Source: Mizuhopecten yessoensis
Lineage: Eukaryota
Assembly (NCBI RefSeq): GCF_002113885.1
Contig: NW_018405926.1
Span: 861,464 to 925,463, forward strand
Direction: 5' to 3'
DNA length: 64,000 bases
Numbering within the stretch: the stretch's first letter is position 1; each line of letters starts with the position of its first letter. The notes beneath the pieces were generated by a model that had not been told where the DNA came from, made no database searches, and saw nothing but the letters and a program-made list of their open reading frames with translations. The translations under genes were made by a program, and so were the position numbers. Below are positions 52,171 through 64,000 of this stretch, one piece after another.

Positions 52171-53869
52171 CCACACAACTGTAGTATATTTCCGGCGAGC
52201 GTTGCAAGTTGCAACTTGGGGTTTTGCGGAGGTGGTAAAATAAAAAACACACTTTAGGGTCAAGATACAAAGTAGACGAGCGTAGCGATGCCAACAAATA
52301 TTGTTTTCATAAAGAAAATATAGTAAAAATATCAGATAACGGAAACCCACAATATTTGCTAGGATGCCGTATGGGATGTGTAGGGCGTAGCCCCAGTTTT
52401 TTTTATACAAGCTCCGTGCATTATTTGATGCATTTTAAAATGTTAATATGTTACCATTTTCGGCCAATCAGACCATTATGGGCCGGCCCGGAAAAGGTCA
52501 GTCCGCCGAACAACAGCTTAAGGCAGACTATAGCGTCTAAGTTTCTAAGTTTCTTCATGTTCTTGTATTTAATTAATTTACATATGGGAAGTATTCTGTG
52601 ACGGGCTGTTATGTATTCCATTTAAGCCAGGAAGACTTAAAACTGAACACTAAATGTACCAATTACTGTAGATAATAGTCATATTGTAGGAATATTTAAT
52701 ATTTGTGATCATTAATGATGCGATATTTAGTTGAAGTGAAGATTAAACACAATTTAGTGATAACAAAGACGAGTTGATTCAAAATTGTATCGGTGCATTC
52801 CCGTCCTGCGATGTTGTGCATTGTATAGTGTAGAAGATATGACTCGAGCCAATCTGCTGTACCTGACATGATGACTACTGCCTAATTTCTCCTATATGGC
52901 ATATTGACAGCCTCCTGCAATATGCTTTCTTTCATGTACATTTGTCCATGATGACAACATATTAAAAGTTGCTTTTTGATGACGACCACCAAAATTCCGT
53001 TACCCGATTCCGCTCCCTTGCTGATGGTGTCTGGTGACTACTATTTACAATCTGCTTCCTGATGACGACATCTTGTCAATTTTTTTCTTTTTTTTCTTTT
53101 CATTTGGCGAAATCTTTGCAGTATTCTACATGTATGTCGATGGATTTGATCATTACAACTAAACGTTCAGCAGTTGATTTCGTCGAACAGAATATATGTC
53201 ATATGACAAATACATGTCGCTTGTCAGCGTACCTAATGGTTGTTGCCACCTTTTGTCCAGTACGAGGTCTGGCGGTAAAACAGGTTTGGCGGTAAAAGGG
53301 GGTTTCAAACGGCAGCTTAATGGACAATCCACGTCAGATTGGTTGGCGGATGGCGATATCCGGGGGAAGGCAGTATTTACAAGTGTTTTATACAGTAGGG
53401 AAAACGTGTCTAACAAAATCATGGCGGTATGTGGAGTTGGCAATATAACGGTTGAGGGGGGGGGGGGGGGGGGGTTATATCGGGAGGTTACTGTATATGA
53501 ATGTGTTTTTTTTTTGTAAAAGTACGGATATAATTGTTTCTGCTGTCTTCTTTATAATAGATTTACACGCCCTTTAGACTGTTTGCTTGTTCTCCGCTCC
53601 AATTTATCACCTCATAAACAAGAAAAGAGAAAAATATTTTTCAAACGGTATTTAACAATTCAAAATTTCTTACTAAAGAAAATCATGGGAAGAATACTGG
53701 ACTAGATGTCGTATACATAGTTTCGAATTTTAGTATAAGACAAACGTCCAAGACCTAGCTCTGGTGCCCATTTCTGACAAAAAAAGGATAATTCCTCTAC
53801 AAACTGCTCGACCATGTCATCTATAGACCCGTACATGTTCGCTGCTTCACTTTCAGCTTATTGTTTGGG

Positions 53870-53980
53870 TAGCATTTCCGTTCCGACTGCGTAGCACTCT
53901 CGTATCACTTGAGTAGCACTTTCGTAGCGCTTCCGTACAATTACCGTACCGTTTCCGTAGCACTTCCGTAGCGTTTCCAT
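53870..53980. repeat. About 11-bp degenerate tandem repeat (transposon subterminal-type)
   Basis: Iterations of CGTAGCACTTC / CGTAGCGTTTC / CGTACCGTTTC. Confidence 0.6.
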
Positions 53981-56934
53981 AAGATACCAAAACAACAACA
54001 CCAAATGTTAAAGTATAATATTCTTTCCGCATCAAACAGTTGGTGCACGTATATGTTGCGAGTATGTTGTCTTACGACAATATCATTTTGTTCTCTTGAA
54101 ATCAGCTACTGCATCTACGCAGTGCATTGTCAGGAAACATGGCGTCGTCATGGTAACTGGCCTTGACCTCACGAAATTATCACACGTATCACGTAATAAT
54201 GTACTCTTAATACACGTTGATACAAATGACATAAAAAAAACGTAATAGTATAGCGTGGACGACCCCAGCACATTTGTCCTCGTTCTGTCATTTCACTGCC
54301 GGGGAGGAAGTTATGTGTTTTCAATTAGCTGTGTCGTCTGCGCCATGCTAACTCTGGAAACCTCTCCAAAACATCTTTGTAGTCTAAATGAAAACCTTGT
54401 GCCTCGATTTATCATCTCTCCTAGCCTTTGATCGCTATGCCTGATGACATAACAGTAAGGATTTGGGTGTCTCCAGACCATTACTTTGCCGTGAGTTAGC
54501 AGATTCACTAGAGCAGGTGACACGCACAAAACCTACTTACATGAGCGACTGATTGCCAAACAGCCCAGTCAGTAATTTGTAAAAATTCATGATATATGTT
54601 ATAAAAAGCATGCTGCGACTTTTACGGATATTGATGAGCAAAAAGATTTGGTTTCATGTGGTTTTAGTACGATTCAATGTGCTTTTGAATGAGTCTTCTC
54701 CTAAAGATAGTGTGATTTCGGAACAGCACGCGGCCGCCCCACGTGGGTGTACACTGAGTATATTCGATTAAAGAAGAAGGTATAAATACTATGTGCTGTC
54801 GACAATGCTGTAGATAGGAGGTTTATTAATTATTACTCGTGTTTTACGATACCGTGGACCCTCGTGATTTACGATACCGTAGTCAAGGTCAGGTTTTTAG
54901 TGTTACCTGTTTTGTTCAGTTATTACATGTAAACATAGATCCATGAATGCTACAGTTGTACAGGCTAAAGCAGATGTCTTTTGTACTTTCTTGGCGATAA
55001 GGACAGAAGTTATCGAATATCAATAGATATTTAGCCGAATGTCACTGAAGTTACCCATTTCAGTCATCTTGTAGAGACGTTTCAGAACAGATCAAAGCAC
55101 CATAATTTAGAATTGAAAAACTAGCCAGCTGTATTTCGTCACATGGTCTTTAAAAGCAGCGTTTGAAATGTTACTGTTCTATTATTTTTTGATGGTTGAA
55201 AGTATGTTTTACGCTCGGACGTCCCATAACATCATTAAAATAATTGATATTTATATCTTAAGTACAGCAAGATGTGCAAAAGTAAAGCGCACTCTCAGTC
55301 AAGTAACATTGTTCTCGGTTGCGGAGAGGCACAAAAACGGAAATTTGATATTTACACAAAAATACATTCTCAAAATTCTTCATTAACACTGAAATGGCGA
55401 CGATGAACAGGGCCTGGTTTGATTCATTACAACTGTTTACTCTTTGAAGTTCTTTTTGATGTCTGTAACCTTTAGCATGACCACCACCAAAATCAGTGAC
55501 TGCCATTTTGACGTACATGTATAACAACCTTTCCTGTACAGCATTGTATGTCTGACAATAGAGTATAAAGAACAGTATCAGATATAAACAGAGTGTGAGC
55601 GCATGCGTCAGCCCAATAAAATTGAATAGGTGGAAAATTGATCCTGATCCAGCTGTAGTAAAACTAAAGAAGAGACAAAGGCAGAAATAACCTTAGACGT
55701 TGTCTATTCCATTCATTCGCTAAAGGTTATTTACTTTTGTGTCTACTTGCTTGTTCGAAGAGTTACTAAGGTTTTACTGATACGGTGTCCGCTGGGAAAG
55801 GAATGGTACAATGCAGGGTCCAGGTATAGCGTTCCTCTACTGAAATTGCAATTTGGAGACTGGATAACGGGATACTTAGACAAGTATTACATAATCATTT
55901 TACTTGTTAAAACGTCATTTTAGTCGTTGCAACGCAGAGTTTTATTATTATTTCAACGTTATTCATATGGAGACTACTTGTATTTGAACTAGATAAAGAC
56001 GATGTCATTGCAAAAAGGAAGTTGAACAAAATTTATGTCATTTAAAGTGTTTATTTATTTTACTATTTACCATGAAGTGTCGGCCGCAGTTTAGCTTTCG
56101 CCGTTTTTCACCTCAAACAGGAAGACGAATTTATCCTGACAGCGAGTATTAATATCCAACATGCCATATATAATCACCTATAAAGCATAAAGGATGAAGT
56201 AAACACAGGATGAATACGGATGTTACAAGTGGAGGGTGAAAGTTGGCCTCTACGAAATTTGCCCGGTATACAATATATTTCTTCTTAGTATTTTAAACGT
56301 AAATCATTATAAAATTAGTTTAACACTATATCTCAATCAAGAACGTTATAAATGGAAAATCATCAGATCTTTTTTTCCGGCTACTATGTGACTTGTTCCA
56401 AAACCCACCTCATCCTTCATCCATTTAATTGCTATCACAGAAAAAAAAATATTAGATAGAACGAACTCTAAAAATATCACCAGTCAGTTTGTTGCGAATT
56501 AACCTTGTGCGGTTTTGCCGCTACGATATTATTAATTTGTCCATCATACTTAACGAGGAACCAAGACGGTATCATTATTAGGATGGTTGATGGCGTTCGA
56601 GGTCCCCAGGCAACGAAGGCGGTTCATAATTCTTCTTCTTGCAGTTAAATACGTCTGAGAAAATTCAATTTCTCGTTGTTTCATAACAGAAAGCTCTATT
56701 ATTCTGCGCCAGTCCCTAGGTTCCAGTTTATTATACATTTATATGTAAATTAGAAAGCACTCATCGACTGATTATGGCGTTGGCTGGCGCAAGAGGTAAC
56801 AGGCTAGTTAAAAACTATGGTTCTGTTGTTGAAGATGGCATTTGTTTGATACAGTTACGATTACAAGACGACTGAATCCAGTAATTATGGCGCCACGTCG
56901 TTTTAAAGAGACAACACACTGTAAAGTTAAAACT

Positions 56935-58800
56935 TGGACACCGTATTTCGATACCTCTCAGGCATATTGTTCTGTCTGTGTGATAACTGGTAATAAACAG
57001 TAGCATGGACATCGTATATCGATACCTCGCAGCCACATTGTTCTGTCTGTGTGATAACTGGCAATAAACAGTAGCATGGACATCGTATATATCGATACCT
57101 CGCAGCCACATTGTTCTGTCTGGGTGATAACTGGTAATAAACAGTAGCATGGACATCTTATTTCGATACCTCGCAGCCACATTGTTCTGTCTGTGTGACA
57201 ACTGTCAATAAACAGTAGCATGGACATAGTATATCGAGACCTCTCAGCCACATTGTTCTGCCTGTGTGATAACTGGTAATAAACAGTAGCATGGACATCG
57301 TATATCGATACCTCTCAGCCACATTGTTCTGCCTGTGTGATAACTGGTAATAAACAGTAGCATGGACATCGTATATATCGATACCTCGCAGCCACATTGT
57401 TCTGTCTGTGTGATAACTGTAAATAAACAGTAGCATGGACATCGTATTTTGATACCTCTCAGCCACATTTTTCTGCCTGTGTGATAACTGGTAATAAACA
57501 GCAGCATGGACATCGTATTTCGATACCTCTCAGCCACATTGTTCTGTCTGTGTTATAACTTGTAATACACAGTAACGTTAACATGGACATCGGATTTCGA
57601 TACCTCTCAGCCACATTGTTCTGTCTGTATGATAACTGGTAATAAACAGTAGCATGGACATCGTATTTCGATACCTCTCAGCCACATTTTTCTGCCTGTT
57701 TGATAACTGGTAATTAACAGTAGCATGCAAATCGTATTTCGATACCTCTCAGCCACATTGTTCTGTCTGTGTGATAACTTGTAATACACAGTAACGTTAA
57801 CATGGACATCGTATTTCGATACCTCTCAGCCACATTGTTCTGTCTGTGTGATAACTGGTAATAAACAGTAGCATGGACATCGTATTTCGATACCTCTCAG
57901 CCACATTGTTCTGTCTGTGTGAAAACTGGTAATAAACAGTAGCATGGAAATCGTATTTCGATACCTCTCAGTCACATTGTTCTGTCTGTGTGATAACTGG
58001 TAATAAACAGTAGCATGGACATCGTATTTCGATACCTCGCAGCCACATTTTTCTGCCTGTGTGATAACTGGTAATAAACAGTAGCATGGAAATCGTATTT
58101 CGACACCTCTCAGCCACATCGTTCTTTCTCTGTGATAACTGGTAATAAACAATAGCATGCAAATCGTATTTCGATACCTCTCAGCCACATTGTTCTGTCT
58201 GTGTGATAACTGGTAATAAACAATTACGTTAATTTGGACATCGTATTTCGATACCTCTCAGCCACATTGTTCTGCCTGTGTGATAACTGGTAATAAACAG
58301 TAACGTTAACATGGAAATCGTATTTCGATACCTCTCAGCCACATTGTTCTGTCTGTATGATAACTGGTAATAAACAGTAGCATGGACATCGTATTTCGAT
58401 ACCTCTCAGCCACATTTTTCTGCCTGTATGATAACCGGTAATAAACAGTAGCATGGAAATCGTATTTCGATACCTCTCAGCCACATTGTTCTGCCTGTAT
58501 GATAACCAGTAATAAACAGTAGCATGCAAATCGTATTTCGATACCTCTCAGCCGCATTGTTCTGTCTGTGTGATAACTGGTAATAAACAGTAGTATGCAA
58601 ATCGTATTTCGATACCTCTCAGCCACATTGTTCTGCCTGTATGATAACCAGTAATAAACAGTAGCATGCAAATCGTATTTCGATACCTCGCAGCCACATT
58701 GTTCTGTCTGTGTGATAACTGGTAATTAACAGTAACGTTAATATGGACATCGTTGTTCGATACCTCATCATTCTGTCTGTGAGATAGCTTGTATTAAACA
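56935..58800. repeat. 71-bp tandem satellite (about 26 units)
   Basis: Unit GATACCTCTCAGCCACATTGTTCTGTCTGTGTGATAACTGGTAATAAACAGTAGCATGGACATCGTATTTC, with variants carrying an AACGTTAA insertion. Confidence 0.97.
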
Positions 58801-58883
58801 AGGAGTAACTTTTCTCCAAACGTGCGTGTGATTTACATATAGATGTCTCCTTTGACAGTTGTTTGGGCTTTTTAGTATATATA

Positions 58884-59320
58884 TACTGTATAGCACTTTA
58901 AATTCGTTGGGTCCATATTTTGCGGTTTCGTATTCAGTACATATTCGCGGGGTTAAATTTCGCTGTACACCCGAATACCATGTGTCGTGCAAAGTGTTTT
59001 GAGCGTCATCATTTAAGGGTTAAGCCTTGAAATACAGATAAACCGTTTGAAAACACTGATCCACAAGTGATATCACTCGAAAGAAAATAAAATGTGTACA
59101 GTACATGCATGTACCTTTGTAGGAGTAAACTGTAACCAATTAATTACCTACTGTGTACACAGAGATATGTTGCATGGCCACTTAGATGAAAGTGTTGTTT
59201 TTACATGGACTGTCCAGTTTTCCGGTGATAATCTGATTTGATTTTAAAGCTCGCGGATATCAGTCAAAGCGCGAAAATAGCGAAATTAAAAGCCCTGCGA
59301 AATATAACCGCTATAGAGTA
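58884..59320. mobile_element. TA-flanked MITE (Tc1/mariner-like)
   Basis: TACTGTATAGC..GCTATAGAGTA ends, with TTCGC/GCGAA subterminal repeats. Confidence 0.7.
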
Positions 59321-59400
59321 TATGATAGTAGTATTGCCTATCCTTGCAAACGTATACTACGAGCATTACCCTGCAAAAATTTACATATGTATTGATCTCT

Positions 59401-60902
59401 TTAAAGGGACATCACGTCAAAAGGCGTTTTCTTTTTAATGAATGTATGTATTGTATGCACTTCCACTTATGTTACCTCGCTATCCCCATATTCATAGTCC
59501 GTTCCAAATGTCCAGTTTGACCACTTGAATTGTTCGGGAAAGCCCGGCTAAAAATAGCGCCGATAACGTCACCTGACTAGGCAGTAAACACAAGTGGTGC
59601 GAGCGAGATGAAACGGTTTCCAAAGGGGCCCCCAGAGAGGGGCCGTCAGGCATCTGCAACTTCTTACCGCACTATGAAACCAAGTTATATAATTTCTAAG
59701 TCCGTATTCAAACTTATTGAACAGTAATTATTCATCATTAGAAGTTAATTGCACACTTGCCAATATTCAGAATTTAAATTTATTTAGCTTTAAACATAAA
59801 TGTGTTGCCAATAAAATTAAACAAGGGATGGGGCACAAGTTTTCACAGCCTTCTCCCGTCATACATTTACAATTAAATGTCAACAATGATAATAGGCATA
59901 AACATAAAGTAGATATATTTAAATATATATTGAATTTAGTACCGGAATGTGGCCGGTACAGATGGTACGGGGCTAAACACCTTCCCTACACCAAGGGACA
60001 AACCTTTCTGATTTTTTTTATATGTTGCCGGGGCAGAGGAGGCCGGGTATTCATATTAGTACTAATTTAAATCTTGCATGTAAAAACAAAAATAATCGTT
60101 TAATTCAGCAATATAATTAAATCATACCATTTTATTGAACCCGGTAATATTATAAATTATGTAAATCCACGGACTTCGATAACACGTATCTCGGTGACCC
60201 AGAAAATACGCCGTGGGCCATCACAACAGTTATCCCTTGGAGGGCCTCATGGAAAAATCAAACTAACCAGTCACTTATCCCTTCCTTTCGCATAAACCAC
60301 TGTATAATTATAGAAACACAAAGTAAACTCTCTCCAATACATGCCCATTAACATATTAAACTAAGTTCATCTGTGTTCAAACTCAGACAAAGATACTAGC
60401 GAGCTTAATAGTTTTAGATATTTATTCATAACATAAACAGCGCTAGCATTTCTGTCGATTCCATTTCAGCTTAACCGGCTATCCGGAAGAATACATGCAC
60501 CGTACTAACTGCTACGGCAGTTATTTTCTCCTTTGAATACTGCCCACCTGCAAAAATGATTCCGTAACGTACTCCTTGCGCTATCTTTTGACCATTTGGC
60601 AACTTTTCGTTTCGTAGCTGACACGGTACAACACTTTTCTTTCGCTTACTTCACACGGCTAGTCATTTTGTTTACAAAGAAATGGTGTGCTATGCGCATG
60701 CGCTAGTAGAGGGAAATCCCTGAACAAAACGTTGGTCAGACAGGTAGAAATACCGATGATTTTCTTAGATTTAATCATTTTTATGAATCTATTTCAGCCA
60801 AATCCGATTGTTATTTTCCATAAGGAGTCTCACTTGATATGTTTATGTAGTATTTGAAAAAAAGACAAAAAATAAAGTTACTTTACCGTGATGCCCCTTT
60901 AA
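59401..60902. mobile_element. 1.5-kb non-autonomous DNA transposon with TTAA TSD (Kolobok-like)
   Basis: TTAA|AGGGACATCACG..CGTGATGCCCCT|TTAA, with internal TGCGCATGCGC (about 60693). No transposase ORF. Confidence 0.8.
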
Positions 60903-62876
60903 GAAATATGTATAATGATACAAATTGATCTGCCATCTGCTGAAATATATGTTTAAATGCTACTCTTTCATGGACAAAAAGAATCATACGAAAAACGTCC
61001 ATTGTCATCTCTTTGACTGATTTTATTGGAGACTGGCTTAAATACGAAATCTTCATTTCACAAAAACGGGATATTGATCACATGAACAAAAATCCCACTG
61101 CAGGCAAAATGTTAAAAAATAATAGTTCTCAGGAGAATTTCGTTCTTTTAATCAATTTATGAACGGTTGCAGTTGAATTATTTAAAAAATATGTATTTTC
61201 AATACTATCACTGTATGTTTACTGTCTTTTCCGTAAATCTATAATTATCAAATCGGCGTGTGATAATAGATTCGAATTCATACCCAAAACAATGTCAATT
61301 TATGCTAGATCAGGCATTTAACTATGAATATCAAAACAAAATATTATTTTCGGGTTAATGCAAGAAGGGTAGACAATGTTAACGCAGTGTAAAGCAAGAG
61401 TAATGTTTAAGGTGTTACTCTCTGATGATATTTCAATACGTGATTCAAGATACCATTACAAGTACGACTATTAAGATAGCTTGCATACATGTATTGTTGC
61501 GAACCATGTGTTAAGATTTCTTTCTATATATTCCAATCGCCAATGATATTGGACAGATAATGAGCTTGGCGATACACTTCACAACATTTGCAAGTACCGG
61601 ACAAAACGTGTGTGATATTTACATTGGACAAGGTTTGCTAAACAGAAGAGTACATCTTGTATAATAATTGATCCATGTGCTGATGAGAGATAATTGGCAC
61701 GTGCAACTAACCACGTGTAAAAACATGGAGTCACCAGGTGTTTCTATCATTAACGGCATATAATCAAAGACATTGGGAACCGTTGGTGCGCTGCTGTAGG
61801 TACAACCTGTATCCCTGTTTACATTGTACAGCAATTGTATACAAAGTTTGTTTATTATAATATACTATTACTGTTACATAAGGTACATTGTAAATAAAAG
61901 GATGTCTAAAAATCACTGTCACTTATAATAATACACAAGGCATCAAACCGATTCATGAAACCATCTAATTAAATTTGACAAGGTTTATTATGTTCTATTT
62001 TACCACAACAGCTGTTGCAAGGCAAACCCTTGCCATCATCACTCGAAACGATTCTTCAGTTAAACAACAAAATACCTGTTTAATATCAGTCAAAAAGCAA
62101 TTTACAAAATAATCCTAGGGAGAGAACAATTTTTTTTTGATTAAGTAAACAATAATTCATCAATTCTAAATCATCATACTTGTCTAAAATCAGTTATCAA
62201 ACACTCAAAAACAAAATTTGGATAAAACGCGATTTTAAAAACAACTGTTTTTATGTAAATAGAATCTCTTGGTTTACAATATATTTCTTCAGGCAATTTT
62301 TAAATGTAATGCTTCATTTCCTTCCTTGGAACATGGACAGTTTGCTTCACTTGTCTTTGGCTAATCGTAAGTCGATATATCTATGGAATAAGACAGCAAG
62401 TTTGTATTTATATATATATAGACAATATGCTTAGCCGATTCCAAATACGTTATCTTGAACTATAAAATAACATACTGACAGTTGTACGCCATTGATAAAC
62501 TTAGAAACACGGGCTTGTTGAATTGTAAGCCACGCGGGATTTTGATTTTACTTATCAAATCTTCAATACAACGCAGACCCGCACGTTTTACGGTGGGCAT
62601 GTTGGCGGCAGTGGATATATCGTTTCCTCCTGAGGGAAAACAAAATAATATATAGCCATGTATGACTAATACTGGCGTATGAACATGGTGTGTTATAAAC
62701 TCATAAAAGTACCCTTAGGAAATGTAGACCTGTATTCGGAGTGGTAGTTTAAAACAGGGTTTGACAAATTGTCGGAATTTAGAACTACATCTCACAGAAT
62801 ATGCTTCGTCTGGTTTTCATCAACATTGATTAAGTGTAAATCGTGAACCCTGTTGTATTTCAAAAGCATTCCCCAG

Positions 62877-62955
62877 TTGAGGTGGATTCGTGATATTGTG
62901 GAAGGAGGCAAAACTCCTAGGAGAAGACGTGATTCCGCCAAATCTTCCGAAAAAC
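62877..62955 (+). other. Candidate coding exon (LRWIRDIVEGGKTPRRRRDSAKSSEK)
   Basis: TTCCCCAG| acceptor, open frame, and a weak |GTAAAT donor; GC-richer than its flanks. No homology recognised. Confidence 0.3.
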
Positions 62956-63313
62956 GTAAATTACATTTAGATAATATTTGTAATCTTAATTAAGGGACTT
63001 CCGTTAAGCATATTCAGATTGATAGATAAATATTGTTAAGTGAATATTTCATCTGGGTTCGTGCTATAAAGTGAATCCTTGTTTCAATTAGCATGGCACA
63101 TTAAGAATGGTAAGTTTCAGAAAACAAAGCATGTTGATGCAACTATAGTCTGACACATTTCTTCATTCATGACATTATGATTTGATATTGTTTAAAAATA
63201 TTCAAACATATAAATACAATGTTGTTAATTTTATTATTTATTATTCTTTTATTGAAACTTTAGTATTGCATTCAATATAATGCACATGTGCATTACTGAG
63301 TGTATATACATAC

Positions 63314-63620
63314 CATCCTGGAGAATCCAGGGACTACCCTTACTTTCGCTCTCTGCATACCCTAGATTTCTTTCATGCCAAACTGGAAGGCTAAGCGCCC
63401 CCATTGTGCGGGTAAAACGAGAAGATTCGTGGACATCAAAAGGATATCTCGGCCGCGTAACGGTAAAATTGACTTGCTTTGAAGTCGGGTGTCGCTCCTC
63501 CATAATCTTTAAAGGACGGGAACATGTATCAGTTTAGCTATTGGCCATGTCTATTTTCGCTGAAATATTCCAGGGATGCAGAGAGCGGGGGTGAGCATAG
63601 CCTCTGGTGTATCGAGGATG
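63314..63620. mobile_element. TIR MITE related to the 23151-23505 element
   Basis: CATCCTGGAGAATCCAGGGACTACCCTTACTTTCGCTCTCTGCA..TGCAGAGAGCGGGGGTGAGCATAGCCTCTGGTGTATCGAGGATG. Confidence 0.75.
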
Positions 63621-64000
63621 CTTACATACGTATATGTTTGTTTAATCAGCTGATAACAACGATCAGGTGCTTCTGTGTCACATACTTCCTTCTGCACTAG
63701 GCCACACGGAACACATCGCTGTAGAGTGGCAGAAATAATAGAATGTTGCGAGGAATTGATTATCATATGTTTTACATAAACACATTTGCTTTTTTTTTTC
63801 AAATAACAACAATCTAGATCTATACTTATGAATGAAAAACTCATTTAATTATCTGTGAGACGTTAAATAAATCCGCATGCGTATAGCTATAAAAACGATT
63901 TTCAGATTGTAATTTAAAGATCTCCTTGGTCTAAGTGTCATCAACCAGTTCAAAAGCAATACCGATTTGAATAATTACTCTTTAAGAACCACGTAGTCAT

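Noticed and set aside
55258-55527. Minus-strand ORF MAVTDFGGGHAKGYRHQKEL.. near an NRF1-like GCGCATGCG motif
   Set aside because: No recognisable domain, and the same motif occurs inside transposons elsewhere in this window.
56815-58819. Repeated RCPCYCLLPV Cys-rich ORFs
   Set aside because: These are translations of the 71-bp satellite.
45130-61700. Other CTGATGA occurrences (e.g. about 45135, 53059, 54442, 61680) as hammerheads
   Set aside because: They lack a stem II followed by GAAA and a cleavage triplet.

Overview
AT-rich, repeat-dense eukaryotic DNA. The repeat families suggest a marine invertebrate, probably a bivalve mollusc, but that is an inference. I found no intact protein-coding gene, and almost all long ORFs in the track are artefacts of tandem repeats. 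About a quarter of the window is minisatellite/satellite DNA from six families (41, 31, 32, 67, 23 and 71 bp units). The rest contains decayed CR1/L2-type LINEs, Penelope-like retroelement remnants, tRNA-derived SINE heads, TIR MITEs (TTAA- and TA-flanked) and several hairpin-terminated elements that resemble non-autonomous Cryptons. The most notable observations are: (i) three before/after pairs in which one copy of a duplicated segment carries a short repeat seed and the other a large array, including a 23-bp array with an internal inversion; (ii) an inverted pair of minimal hammerhead-ribozyme-like motifs at about 44.6 kb; (iii) a Crypton-like remnant retaining a plausible N-terminal ORF; (iv) a candidate minus-strand promoter with three exons at 45.3-46.2 kb; (v) compensatory base changes in a LINE 3' stem-loop. 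I cannot support a claim of a wholly new biological system from sequence alone.
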